Below, piece by piece: positions 51,401 to 62,347 of a DNA stretch of 64,000 nucleotides (position 1 is the stretch's first letter; the number at the start of each line of letters is the position of its first letter). This stretch comes from Ostrea edulis. Its lineage: Eukaryota. The notes beneath the pieces were generated by a model, which saw nothing but the letters and a program-made list of their open reading frames with translations, was not told the origin of the DNA and made no database searches. A program made the translations under genes and the position numbers. The DNA lies in contig NC_079169.1 of assembly GCF_947568905.1 (NCBI RefSeq), positions 88,846,001 through 88,910,000 of the forward strand, given 5' to 3'.

Positions 51401-52829
51401 CAGAGAGACCTAGATTCAGTACATTAAAGAAACAGAGAGACCTAGACTTACATGTAGCAAATCAAAGGAACAGAGAGACCTAGATTCAGCTCATTAAAGA
51501 AACAGAGACCTAGATTCAGTACATTAAAGAAACAGAGACCTCGACTCAGCACATTGAAGAATCACAGAGACCTAGACACCGCATGCTTAAGTTAAATCTA
51601 TGGTTTATTTGGGTTTGCTCTCTTACCTCCATAGTAAGAAATCTAGCATTTTCCTGTGGTTTATCTGGGTTGATTTTAACAGTCTGGGCTCTCTTAAATA
51701 CATCCAGTTCTGTCATCTTCTCAGCAGCTGTGGCAGCTCCCTACAAACATTTAGTATCATTTACCGCCATATTCATTCCAAACGTCTCTAAAATACACGT
51801 ACATTATGTGATAAATCATTTCTGGGACTTTTATAGCATATTTTCATTTATCAAGTATCATTTATTTGAATAGAAATTTTGGTGCTTTCATTTTGTTGTG
51901 AATTTTCCTCATCAGCCAAAAAAAGCAACATTTGAAGTGCCCCTATGTGATACACAAAAACAGAGCCGTGGATACTTTCAACAGAATCAAGCTGTCCCTG
52001 GCTCAGTACTAAAAGACATACAATGAAACCTGTCTAATCCAACATTCACCGGGAGACAAAACTCTGATGTCCCTACATGTACAGTGAAACCTGTCTAATC
52101 CGACATTCACCATGAGACAAATTTAATGTCGAAACGGTGTTGGAATAAACAATGTAAAAATCACAAAAATATGAAATTGAGAATGAAAATAAGGACCGGA
52201 ATGCTCAGTGAAATGGATTCCACAAGAGTTGGATTAGACAGTTTCCACTGTATATGTAAATAAAGGCCTGAGTCAGGCAGACAGCAAATCTCAGTCAAAA
52301 ACCTTTAACTAGAGAAAAGGAAACATACCACAAAGTTTGGAATCCTGTGATGGACAGGGCGGGGGAACTGTACGAGGTCATTATCCTCCAGAAAATTCCA
52401 CACGGACTTACGAATGGCTTCTTTTGTCACTTCTACAACAACAGAAAGTACCAGATATTGTACACTTTACCATAGCTTAACACTGTAGACCAACCTTTAT
52501 TTGTGACATCTTTGACACTTGGCTTGTGAAGATGAAATAAACATACCTTTCCCCATCTCTTGGACAGTTAAAATAAACATACCTTTCCCCATCTCTTGGA
52601 CAGTTAAAATAAACATACCTTTCCCCATCTCTTGGACAGTTAAAATAAACATACCTTTCCCCATCTCTTGGACAGTTAAAATAAACATACCTTTCCCCAT
52701 CTCTTGGACAGTTAAAATAAACATACCTTTCCCCATCTCTTGGACAGTTAAAATAAACATACCTTTCCCCATCTCTTGGACAGATTCGTTTGGGGTTTTG
52801 GTTTGCTTTGGGGGCATTGTGCTCGTCAT
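42468..52829 (-). CDS. MTHFSD: Methenyltetrahydrofolate synthetase domain-containing protein (5-FTHF cyclo-ligase-like domain + C-terminal RRM), 9 coding exons, 528 aa
   Basis: Exons 52763-52829, 52329-52432, 51627-51740, 51050-51163, 48235-48325, 46893-47146, 46613-46758, 44975-45124, 42468-43014; GT-AG, phases consistent, 1587 nt. Motifs [51 protein letters not shown]; RRM LFVGSI...AKGYSLLQF...[11 protein letters not shown]. The start codon and first exon are less certain. Confidence 0.92.
43480..44015 (+). mobile_element. hAT deletion derivative with perfect 8-bp TSD and BED-finger remnant
   Basis: TAGGGCTG...CAGCCCTA; TCTGAAAG duplicated; internal frameshifted reading MADTNSG.../[24 protein letters not shown] (43651-43784). 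Confidence 0.9.
44205..44981. repeat. 25-bp minisatellite containing the MTHFSD exon 8 donor
   Basis: ACTTAACACTGAGTGTGTACCTAGG, about 30 copies; the minus strand of each unit reads TCCTAG|GTACAC. Confidence 0.95.
45990..46472 (-). mobile_element. HINE-like element related to 62594-63610
   Basis: Minus-strand 5' end TTTAGCCGAGTTGCA...CTCGGCT and internal GGTCAAGGTC-type units. Confidence 0.6.
48381..50310. mobile_element. Degenerate HINE (same family as 39913) with nested MITE
   Basis: Starts ACAAGAGGCCCATGGGCC; ~165-bp degenerate monomers; ends near AAAATGTTCAAAAGTTTAC. Confidence 0.65.
49105..50015. mobile_element. CAGGG-terminal TIR element with 5-bp TSD (hAT5-like)
   Basis: ATGAT|CAGGGCTCT...TTTCGACCCCTG|ATGAT. 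Confidence 0.8.
51168..51590. repeat. ~32-bp minisatellite filling MTHFSD intron 3
   Basis: TAAAGAAACAGAGAGACCTAGATTCAGCACAT, about 12 copies, starting at the acceptor polypyrimidine tract. Confidence 0.92.
52082..52250. mobile_element. Tc1/mariner-pogo-type MITE
   Basis: TA|CAGTGAAACCTGTCTAATCC...GGATTAGACAGTTTCCACTG|TA. Confidence 0.75.
52535..52783. repeat. 36-bp perfect tandem repeat spanning the MTHFSD exon 1 donor
   Basis: AAATAAACATACCTTTCCCCATCTCTTGGACAGTTA, about 7 copies; exon-end positions at 52547, 52583, 52619, 52655, 52691, 52727, 52763. Confidence 0.97.
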
Positions 52830-55800
52830 CAAAGCAAAAAGGCGAATCTGTGGCTTGTTCTATCACTCCTTGAGAATTTCTAGACCAGTTTTAGATGATC
52901 ATATCACACTAAAAATAAACACAAACACAGATCAACAATTATTATCTGATTATTAATTCAAAATTCAATTAATAACACACACCAAATTTCACATCAATGC
53001 ATGGTCCCCTAACTATAACACACATTATAACATATTTACCTACTCCACGACATCTACACTGTACTCTACTGAAATCTAACACTCCATACAAGATCTAACA
53101 AGCTTTTTCATTGGCTACTGCATAATGACCAATATGTACTTTCACCGTAACACTTTCCTTGATACAATGTAATGTTTTCTGTGATGAAATTGTTTTCTGT
53201 GATAAAACAAGGCCGAGCGTGTTTATTATAGTTCGTATAACACCTCGCTGTTGATAAACTGCTGTACTATCATCCTACATTGATAAGAAAAATTTCACAT
53301 TATAGGGCAGGTTATAAAAGATAACTGCTATCTCTTCTGACACAACACTTATCTACTGTAAATGAAACATTAATTTTACCCTTTAAACTGTACATTTTTC
53401 AATGTTCAAAAGTTAAAACAGATCTTTCACCAGTCCCTTTCCTTACATTGTGTGTTTCAAGGATGTCTAAGGTAAAAGATATTCTCCAAATTAAGTAGTG
53501 TAGGATTTTTGCAAGTACTATTATATACATGATATATACACCCACTCACTAGCATCAGTTAATAATGAATATATTAACTGTTTAAAAGAGATTATTTTTA
53601 ATACCAGTAATCTGTCTTTCGTTTTGTATTTCAAGAAATCAGACCTCATATCAAAAGATTAAATTTGAAGCAGACAAAAATAAGAATCAATCATTTTCCA
53701 CACATTACATATTATACTAGAAATCTATTGTTTTAAATTGTTTCTAAGAAAAATCATAAATACATACTTCATACAGACTGCAACACAACAGCTGTTCCAG
53801 AAGAACATGATATGAATTTAAATCTACACTGCTTATTAATTTGACATATCTACCCCAAAGGCCTGTGGTTCTTCTAAAGAAGCTTTCCAAATAATTTTAT
53901 TATTACTCGGGGTGTGCAATTGAAATAATTAACTACTAGCCCAGGGGCTAGTGGCAGAAACAAAGTTTTTAGCCCTAGATCTGTCGGTCAATAGCTCCTG
54001 GACTATAGACAGTACATACATGGTAAAAAAAGCCTAAATATGGAGTTAATTATAATACAAGCAAGTTGAATTACAAATATACAAAGAATGGTCAGTTTGA
54101 TACCGTTTCTTATTAATCAATTTGTTTGGAAGCATCTGGCCAAGTGGTGAATAATTCAGCTTCATTACGTCATGTTTAAAAATATTTGTTTCCCCTTCTT
54201 CCGACCCTAAACTTCAGAGGAGGGTAAGTAAGTAGGTAAAAAGGATGTTTTTAGCCAGCAGAATTTTATCAAATATGAAATTTCCCATGACCATTAACAA
54301 AATCTGTACCAAAACATCATAAAGCACATCATTCCATGTTTCCTCGCCAAGTCATTTCTTGCGTATAGTTCTGCTTTGATTTTACAATTAGGGGAAGGTG
54401 TTATTTCGGACAGTACTCCATGCATTTCGGAAATGCTGATTATCTAACCACTGGACATAAGACATATTATAAACGGTTGATTCGTTGAACACTCAAGTTT
54501 CATCGGATTTTTTCCTGCAATTTATGCCACATATAAATATTTAAATGTTGTAACTACGGACAATGCGGTTGTTTATTTTGGACACATGGTGTTTTAACTT
54601 CGGACAGTTTGTAAATTCGGTTGCTGTCTTTTATTTCGTGGTTTACAGGTATTTTTTCATTTTTGCTCATTATGACAATTTATATTTTGAAGTGATTTTG
54701 ATTCTGGATATAATTTTTTAATCATATCGGTAACTTTTACCATAAAACTAGGTTACGACAGGGACTTGACTTTGCTTATGAAACAAAATGGATGCTGGCA
54801 ACTTTTACAGCAGTGTTAGTGAAGGTCATGTATTTAAATAAACCAATCAGAGCTGAGTTACACATGCACATATAACAGATGTTTTCCAGTTTGTAAATAT
54901 ATTAAGTTTGTAAATAAGTTTAAATTGAGAATAAATAACAATAGAAACATAGATATTCTTTCTTATTGACTGTCGGAAGTATCACACCCATCCGAAATAA
55001 CAGCCGAAGAACACCTGCACGCTCTAACACCCTGAAGTCTTGTGTCTCCTCGCTTCTAGTGTAGACGACATTCCTCCATGTTGATGTAGCAGGCCAGTGA
55101 GGCAACCTCTATTCATACTGTTTTTAAAATTTTAAATCGAAACTAACTACAATATAGAAACTTCTGGTCATTATCAAATACTGATCTGTACCGGAAAGGA
55201 CCTTGGAACTTTTCCGGAAATAAAAAAAAAAAAAAACTTGGCCAGAATGACGGAATAAATCTAAAAACTTTTGGGTCGGTGGGACTTTCTCAGACAAATC
55301 AGCATATAAACGATTGCAAGAATATCAAGATTTATATAATGATTATGCAGATATAGAAAATTTTCTGTGCAGATCCATTCCTTATTTAGTCAATGAAAAG
55401 TTTGATTTCATGCAAACTGCAAGGAAACTTGTTTGTCAAATAGTCACGAAGTTGATTGGCATAAAAAAATGTCAATACTAAAAGCCAAGAGATTGGAAAC
55501 AACTATTATATCTAAAGATAATCAAACAATAAACATGCTAAAAATGGAAATCATACACCATAATTATAAAGCTGTACGGAGTGACAGATGGATAAATGAC
55601 AGACGAATACATCCCCACGCATCACTGTGCCTGGTAAGTGACACTCAGTTGGTTATGGAATAAGCAGAAATTGTGTTTAGACTAATACATTTTCATGTTT
55701 CCGAACATATATGAAATAAAAATTACCGTACAGTCCTGAATATGAAATAAAATGTTGACACATAGTAAGGGTTTCATGCACCATAGATATACTTCATCAA

Positions 55801-56467
55801 GTAATAGGTCGATCAACTTTAAAAAGTCATTAACAAGAAAATGATGTATACTACTTTGAATTCATTATGATTTTAACTTCAGACAAACGGACTTTAGTCT
55901 ATGATTTACTAAATGGTTCAAGTACTGACAATGCAGTGAGAAAAGTTTGCAATGATTCAGACCGCATCTAACAATATTACAACACATACACTATTCTATA
56001 TATATTCCCTCGAGTACACTAAATATTCTAGTGTCTTCGGCAAATGTGTAATTTCTACTAATAACAAAAAATGTAATACGACTCGGCATTGCATCAAGTA
56101 ACTCGATATATTGAGGAAAATATAAGATAATAGCTAATTTAGACAATATCAAACTATACAATATAAACAAATAAAATATATTCTACATATCAGCACACTG
56201 TTAAACCATGCAAAAACGTGAAATTTGATGAAAATTGAAGAAGATATTTTCAACGTGGCACATGGAGGCTACCATTTTGCAACTCTGCAACAAAAATTCA
56301 CTGCAAACGACATAGGTATAACAATTTCTAGAAAAATAAAAATATGTTCCAATTTTCTTATTTGAATTCATTAAACATAAAATGTAATTTTAGAGAATTT
56401 TAAACTTTCTGGGAAAAGTTTTGATTTCACTTTCTGCGGACCAAAAATCGATTTCCGGTTATGCAGA

Positions 56468-59400
56468 ATGGCTTCCTGTTTTGGTCGAATGTTTTCATTT
56501 TACAAAATTTGTTTACAACAAGCTAGAAGCTGCTCGACGCACGCAGTATGCAATTTTTTTTTTAAAAAGACATCATTATTTCTTATTTTTCATTAAGGAT
56601 GAATTTTCTCTCCAGCAAAACTCAACATAATGATTGCTCGAAAATGCAAACTTGCATGTGCTTTAATGCAAAGTTTCGAATTTCCTCGTAACATATCCAA
56701 TGTTTTTGTAGAGCACCAGTTTACCAGCGTATGTAAAAATTGTTGAAGTTGGACCAAGAGATGGACTTCAGAATGAAAAGGTTTGTAACTGAAATTGCCC
56801 TTTTGTTACTGTTTTAAAAGATCAGAACTTTTCCTCAGCCTACATCTAGATCGAGTTTATATATTCTCTTTAGAGAAGTCGAGAGGCATAGCCTTCATCG
56901 ACTTTGTAAGCATTCATGTTTTGATTCTGAAAACGTGTAAATGCCGGAGTCGGTGATGGTTTATGCTTCGACCAACCTTTCGACTCAGATGTGCCTGGAT
57001 TTACACAATAGACGAGTTGTTTTCAAACATTTAACAGTAATGCACAAAACTGTCACAAGGAAATCAACACTTACTTGCTTTTAATCCATTTCAACATGTC
57101 CCCTGTACTGGGTTTACGGTAATTGGTCTTGGGAGAAGCGATGTCACAATAGGGGACCAGTTAAGAATTGGCTAACATAATCGAGTTGTAATCTATACCC
57201 AGGACTGGGGACATGTTGAAATGGATTAAAAGCAAGTAAGTGTTGATTTCCTTGCGACAGTTTTGTGCATTACTGTTAAATGTTTGAAAACAACTTGTCT
57301 ACACAGCGGGGTTAAGGTGTCCCGAGTAAAATAACAAGTAATAACAGCATATTCATATAAAAGTAAAATTCTTTTAAGCGTCGCATATTTTTAGTAAAAA
57401 TCGTTTGTCAATATATAAACAAACATCGTATCATGTGGGGAAATCCTTTGCTTAACTATTACGTCGTTATACAAGTGACGTAGAGCTATTTTTATCCGCT
57501 AGACTTTTAGTTGTTTATCACTTCGGTACAAGTGAAAGATGCACTCAAATCATTTGCAGTTTGGGCTTGATATGTCGACATTGATATGGTAAATTTAAAG
57601 AGTGATACGGATCGGTACAATATCCTCTCAAATATAGCAATTTCCATTATCTCAACTCAAATGTTGGGCATTTTCCACATTCACATCCAAATCATATCTA
57701 AAGAAGAAAAAATATTGTACCTTCCGTATCAAAATCACAAATCTGCAATTAGTTACCTTTCTGAATATGCCTTGATCGAAATAAAATATCGTCATCTTTC
57801 ACCTGTATGGAGTCGATATGTACATGTACATGCGTTGGTTTTCTTTATTCCAAATGACTATACACATCGGGGGCAATATCAAGGTCACAAAGTGATGTAA
57901 AGATTACTTTACAGTCTTTCGTGCACATACTTTATATAAAAATATGAGACTTATATATTATCAAAGAAAACTGGGGGAAAAATCATCTGACAAACAGATT
58001 TAAACACATACAGCTTGAACACTAGATAACGGCAATAAATAGCGAGAAAATATTATGACATTTTCCCCGCGATACAACTATAGACCTGTACGTCGTGACA
58101 TACTTTCATATTGTGACGTCACATAGTAGTGCACCGAGGTACATTTTACTAGGGAAACCTTAACCCTGCTGCGTATTGCGTAAATCCAGGCACATCTGAG
58201 TCGGTTGATCGAAGCATAAACCGTCACCAACTCCGGCATTTACACGTTTTCCAGAATCAAAACATGAATACTTGCGAATCGACTTCTCTGAAGAGAATAT
58301 GTCTCTCGACTTCTCTAAAGAGAATAGAGTCTGTATAGTGATCTACTCTTCATCAGCTGAATAAAGATGAATATTACCTGTAATGCTTTTGGAAAAATTT
58401 TCTCAGTCTTATGTGTAAAATTTCCCAAATGCATTAAAAAATTGATTGCACAATGTAAACTTAGGAGGGGGGATCAATAAATAAAGTTAAGAACTGAGTA
58501 AATATACATGTTGAAATTGTTGTTTTTTAGTTTTTAACTTTATTTGGATGGAAAAGACAATAAACTCAATTTTCCCATTTATCAAAAAAACAATGATAAG
58601 ATTCCCAATTGAAGAGGACCTGGTACCTGTACCATAAAGTGCTGTGATGGCCCTGGTTAAAGAATTATTGCCCCATGTCTTCTTGTACAATGTTCATACA
58701 GAGAAAACCATTAATGAGATAAATGTTGCATATCTGAACAGAAATTTGTGCCAACAGAAACCAAAGTGGAATTCATTAACAAGCTGTCTGAAGCCGGACT
58801 GCCTGTGATAGAAGTTACCAGCTTCGTGTCTCCAAAATGGGTTCCACAGGTACGTCATAACTTCTTGTAGGTCAGTACATGGAGTTTATTAACTTGTTAT
58901 AAGTCAATATGGAATTTATTAACTTCTTATTGGTCAGTATGGAATTTATTTACTTCTTATCAGTCAGTATGGAATTTATTGTGAGGATTGTAAAAAAAAA
59001 CAAACAAAAAAACCACAGAACCTGTAAGAAAATATACACTTAGTATAATGCTATGGATTTTTAGATGGCTGACAACTCAGAAGTACTGCAGTCAATTAAG
59101 AGGTCAAAGGGAATCACATACACAGCTTTAACTCCAAATCTGAAGGGCTTCAAAGATGCGGTGAGTGAAAGGACAACCATTTTGTTACTGCGTTCCACTG
59201 GTAGTGGTTGTCCTGGTGATACGAGAATTTTCATCTTTGTGGTTTGTTTGTTTTCAATTTTGCATTATCAGTTAGTATTGATGAAAGTGAAATTTAGGTG
59301 ATTGTAAATGGGTGATTTTTTTTTTTGTATAGTTAACTGTGAATAATTGCAGAGTATGTAAGCATATGATGAATTCAAGTTTAAATGCTTTTATTCTAAC

Positions 59401-62084
59401 TCTGTTGAGGAACTTTCAGATCTAAGGAGAATGACCTAATGCATGTGATTTATTCTTGTCACTTGACTTCCAGTAATTGAGCTCTTTCCACATAAACTTT
59501 AGAGGATTTCAAAAAATTTTGAAACTACAAACAGGGAATATATACAGATGTACCATCAGTACAACTTATTTAGAATTGGGATTAGTAAGAAATCTCTTGC
59601 TGTATGCTGTAACACTTTCCATGCGCTCTGATGTTGTTTCATTGTGTTTATATTCTGCTTGTGTTTTGTGTATTAGGTTTCGTGTGGTGTCAGTGAAGTG
59701 GCAATATTTGGAGCAGCATCAGAGACATTCAGCAAGTAAGTATAGTCATTAGCAAGTACGTATAGTCATTAGCAAGTATGTATAGTCATTAGCAATTACT
59801 TATAGTCATGTAGCGGTCAGCCGAGTTCGATCACGATGGTCAGATAGATCAGTTAGTGGAGCACCTGACTGGGGATTTGGGGAGGCCCAAGTTTGAGTCC
59901 TGATCAGGACCATTGCATTTTCTCCCTTCCTGTTACATTTGGTGCGGTAGACCACTCCTGGATTTGCAGGTGAACAAATGCCTGCCAGGGGTTAAAGATC
60001 CTGGGATGATGTCTTCAAGTGTGAAGACATTTAAGAAGGGAGGAATGTGGGAGTCGGACATGTTTGACCACTGGTGGCCAGGTAGCTCAGTTGGTAGAGC
60101 ACCTGACTAAAGATTCAGGAGGTTCGGGTTTGAATCCTGGTTTTGTCTGTTGTATGTTCTCCCTTCCTGTTATAATCATTAGCAAGTACGTATAGTCATA
60201 AGCAAGTACGTATAGTCATTAGCAAGTACATATAGTCATTAGCAAGTACATTTTTGCCCAAATATGGGAACGACTGAAATTCAAGATGTCGTAAAGATCT
60301 GAGTTGGGAGGCAGCCAGGACAGGCGATTCCGTGAAAAAAACACATTCCAATCTTCTATGGCAGTATCATTTACAGAATCAACAATAGGCAGTGCCGATA
60401 GTCTTCAGAGATCTGTCGGTAACGTCTCCGGCTTGGCCCCCTCTCAGGTAGGGGGGGGCAAGGTCGGGCCATTGCGGCAAATCCAGCAAGCGCCTGAAGA
60501 GGTTCAGAGTGTGTTCTCTCAATGAAAACACCCTGAGAGGAAGAGTATGCGAGGTGGTGGAAACACTTTCTCGCCGAAGAATTGATGTTGGTTGTGTGCA
60601 GGAAACCAGATACAGAGGTGGACATTGTTGCACTTTCAAAAGGGAGTGGTATCAATGACCTCGACGTCAACTTAAGGTAAAGGAGACTCCACTGGTATGG
60701 CCACGTTGTCAGATCCAGCAGTGCAGTCAAGTGCGCTCTCAATATACAAGTTCCTGGTAGGCGTAGAGTTGGTCAGCCAATGCTATCATGGAGAGAGCTG
60801 ACAGAGAAAGATTGAAGAGAATGGAAGCTCTCTACTGCTGACCCTCATGACTGGAAAAAATGGAGATCTGAGGTGAGATCTGCCATGCGTGCAGCAAGTA
60901 TGTTAGCAAGAACGTATAGTCATTAGGAAGTTTGTATAGTCATTAGGAAGTTTGTGTAGTCATTAGCAAGTACGTATAGTCATTAGCAAGTATGTTTAGT
61001 CATTAGCAAGTATATATAGTCATTAGCAAGTACATATGTACGTTTAGTCATCAGCAAGTACATTTAGTCATTAGGAAGTGCATACATAGTCATTGTATAT
61101 ATAGTCATTAGGAATTTGTGAAAAAGAGCATTAAATATTGAACGTAGAACACCAGGCCATCACTCAGTTATATTTGAGTTTCACGATTCTTTAGATTTGC
61201 CCCCCACCCCCTCCTACTGCATTTTAATAAAGAAAAATATGTATAAATTGTGTTTAAAATATAGTGTAGTAGGTGAAATGTAATATAAATGGCAATACTT
61301 TTCAAATTACATGTATGTATTGCAATATTTTGAACCAATAATATAGATTGTAAGTGTACCCATGTATAATGGTATTAACAAATGGGTGGATCTAAGATCT
61401 AAATACGTAATTTTTAGCGAGGATTTAATTTTGACATTATTAGTTAGAGTGATAAGATCACAAAAATTGAATATCGCTAATAATTTATTCCATATCGGAG
61501 GTAATAGTTATCTTTCCTGGAATTATAAAGTTGCTAGAATTAACTTTTGCTAATATAATATATACCCATTTTATAGAAAAATTGCTAAATTTGTGTCTCG
61601 CTAAAAATTCAACTTATACGATATTAATAGATATGAATAAAATAATTGTTGAATACTCTATCAATCAGACTTGGCACTATTACATTTCTTTTTAGAAAGA
61701 ATATAAATTGCAGTATATCTGAGAGTTTACAGAGATTTGAGGAGGTCATGAAAGCAGCCAGAGAACTTCAGATGCCAGTCAGAGGGTGGGTACTCTTGGT
61801 TTTGTTTGAGGTCAGGGTCCATTTTGTGTCCCGCCACAACGCAGAAGGGGACATAAAATACCGATGTTCGTCTATGCGTCCGTTCTCATACTTGACTTTG
61901 TGGACACAACTCCCCGGAAAACGCTAAATGGATTTTGTTCAAATGGCTACGCACAGCAATCTTGTTTAGTTAGAACTGTCAGTGTTATTCATATGAATGA
62001 AATTATTCTTAATGTTTTAGATATGTCTCGTGTGTTTTGGGATGTCCTTACGAAAAAACGGTGTCACCAGAAAAAGTTGCACAG
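56468..62084 (+). CDS. HMGCL: Hydroxymethylglutaryl-CoA lyase, mitochondrial (first 7 exons; gene continues beyond window)
   Basis: Exons 56468-56545, 56712-56780, 58742-58849, 59065-59160, 59677-59735, 61696-61785, 62021-62084; GT-AG, in phase. Motifs [66 protein letters not shown]. The N-terminus is basic and non-acidic, like a mitochondrial targeting peptide. Confidence 0.95.
56847..58345. mobile_element. Long fold-back element (~250-bp arms, ~105-bp spacer) with nested insertion
   Basis: Left arm 56847-57102; right arm split into 57206-57301 and 58174-58345; TAGATC...GATCTA termini. Confidence 0.8.
57302..58173. mobile_element. CAC-terminal TIR element with TA TSD (CMC/EnSpm-like)
   Basis: CACAGCGGGGTTAAGGTGTCCCGAGTAAAAT versus reverse complement CGCAGCAGGGTTAAGGTTTCCCTAGTAAAAT. 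The opposite fold-back arm shows the empty site, giving a 2-bp TA duplication. Confidence 0.75.
59809..60174 (+). mobile_element. TRIM (miniature LTR retrotransposon) with tRNA-like LTRs, Helenus-like
   Basis: Two 129-bp LTRs (59809-59937 TG..CA; 60046-60174 TG..TA), each with A/B-box tRNA-like sequence. PBS-like TGGTGCGGTAGACC follows the 5' LTR and PPT AAGAAGGGAGGAA precedes the 3' LTR. Flanks are GTCA and ATCA. Confidence 0.85.
60251..60899 (+). mobile_element. Internally deleted RTE-clade LINE (5' region + endonuclease start fused to C-terminal end)
   Basis: 60506-60627 reads [39 protein letters not shown] (APE N-terminus). 60651-60899 reads [22 protein letters not shown]...[22 protein letters not shown]...[13 protein letters not shown] (RTE C-terminus). 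Confidence 0.8.
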
Positions 62085-62347
62085 GTACGTACTGGGGTAT
62101 TTCATGTGAAGTTGAAAGGTCAGCGCTTTTATGAAGAAATAAAACACATTGACACAACATATAGGTTTGTTACTGTAAATCTAAATCTTTCCAAAGTATT
62201 GCATGGAGGTGTATAGATATACACAGTGGCAGATTCAGGTTGGGGGGGGGGGGGGGCACATGTGAAAGTCAAGTACATGTATTAGCTAAAATACTCAGCC
62301 ATTTTGGATGCCAAATCTGGAGTTTTCATCCATAGATGCCAGTAATG

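Larger units (their letters stand above)
59731..61112. repeat. 20-bp minisatellite containing the HMGCL exon 5 donor, interrupted by two retroelements
   Basis: AGCAAGTACGTATAGTCATT units at 59731-59808, 60175-60250 and 60894-61112; the first unit is AGCAA|GTAAG, the true donor. Confidence 0.92.

Noticed and set aside
52477-52866. 129-aa ORF with [12 protein letters not shown] repeats
   Set aside because: It is the wrong frame for joining MTHFSD exon 2 (phase 1 requires the VQEMGK frame). It is an alternative reading of the 36-bp array.
54920-55105. Possible upstream coding exon of MTHFSD
   Set aside because: ATG-initiated frames stop within 7-15 codons, and no donor phase matched an acceptor ahead of the 52829 ATG. 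It could be a non-coding 5' exon, but that is unsupported without transcripts.
60070-60145. tRNA gene-like sequence
   Set aside because: It has A/B boxes but no pairing acceptor stem, and lies inside an LTR-like direct repeat. Treated as a TRIM LTR, not a tRNA gene.
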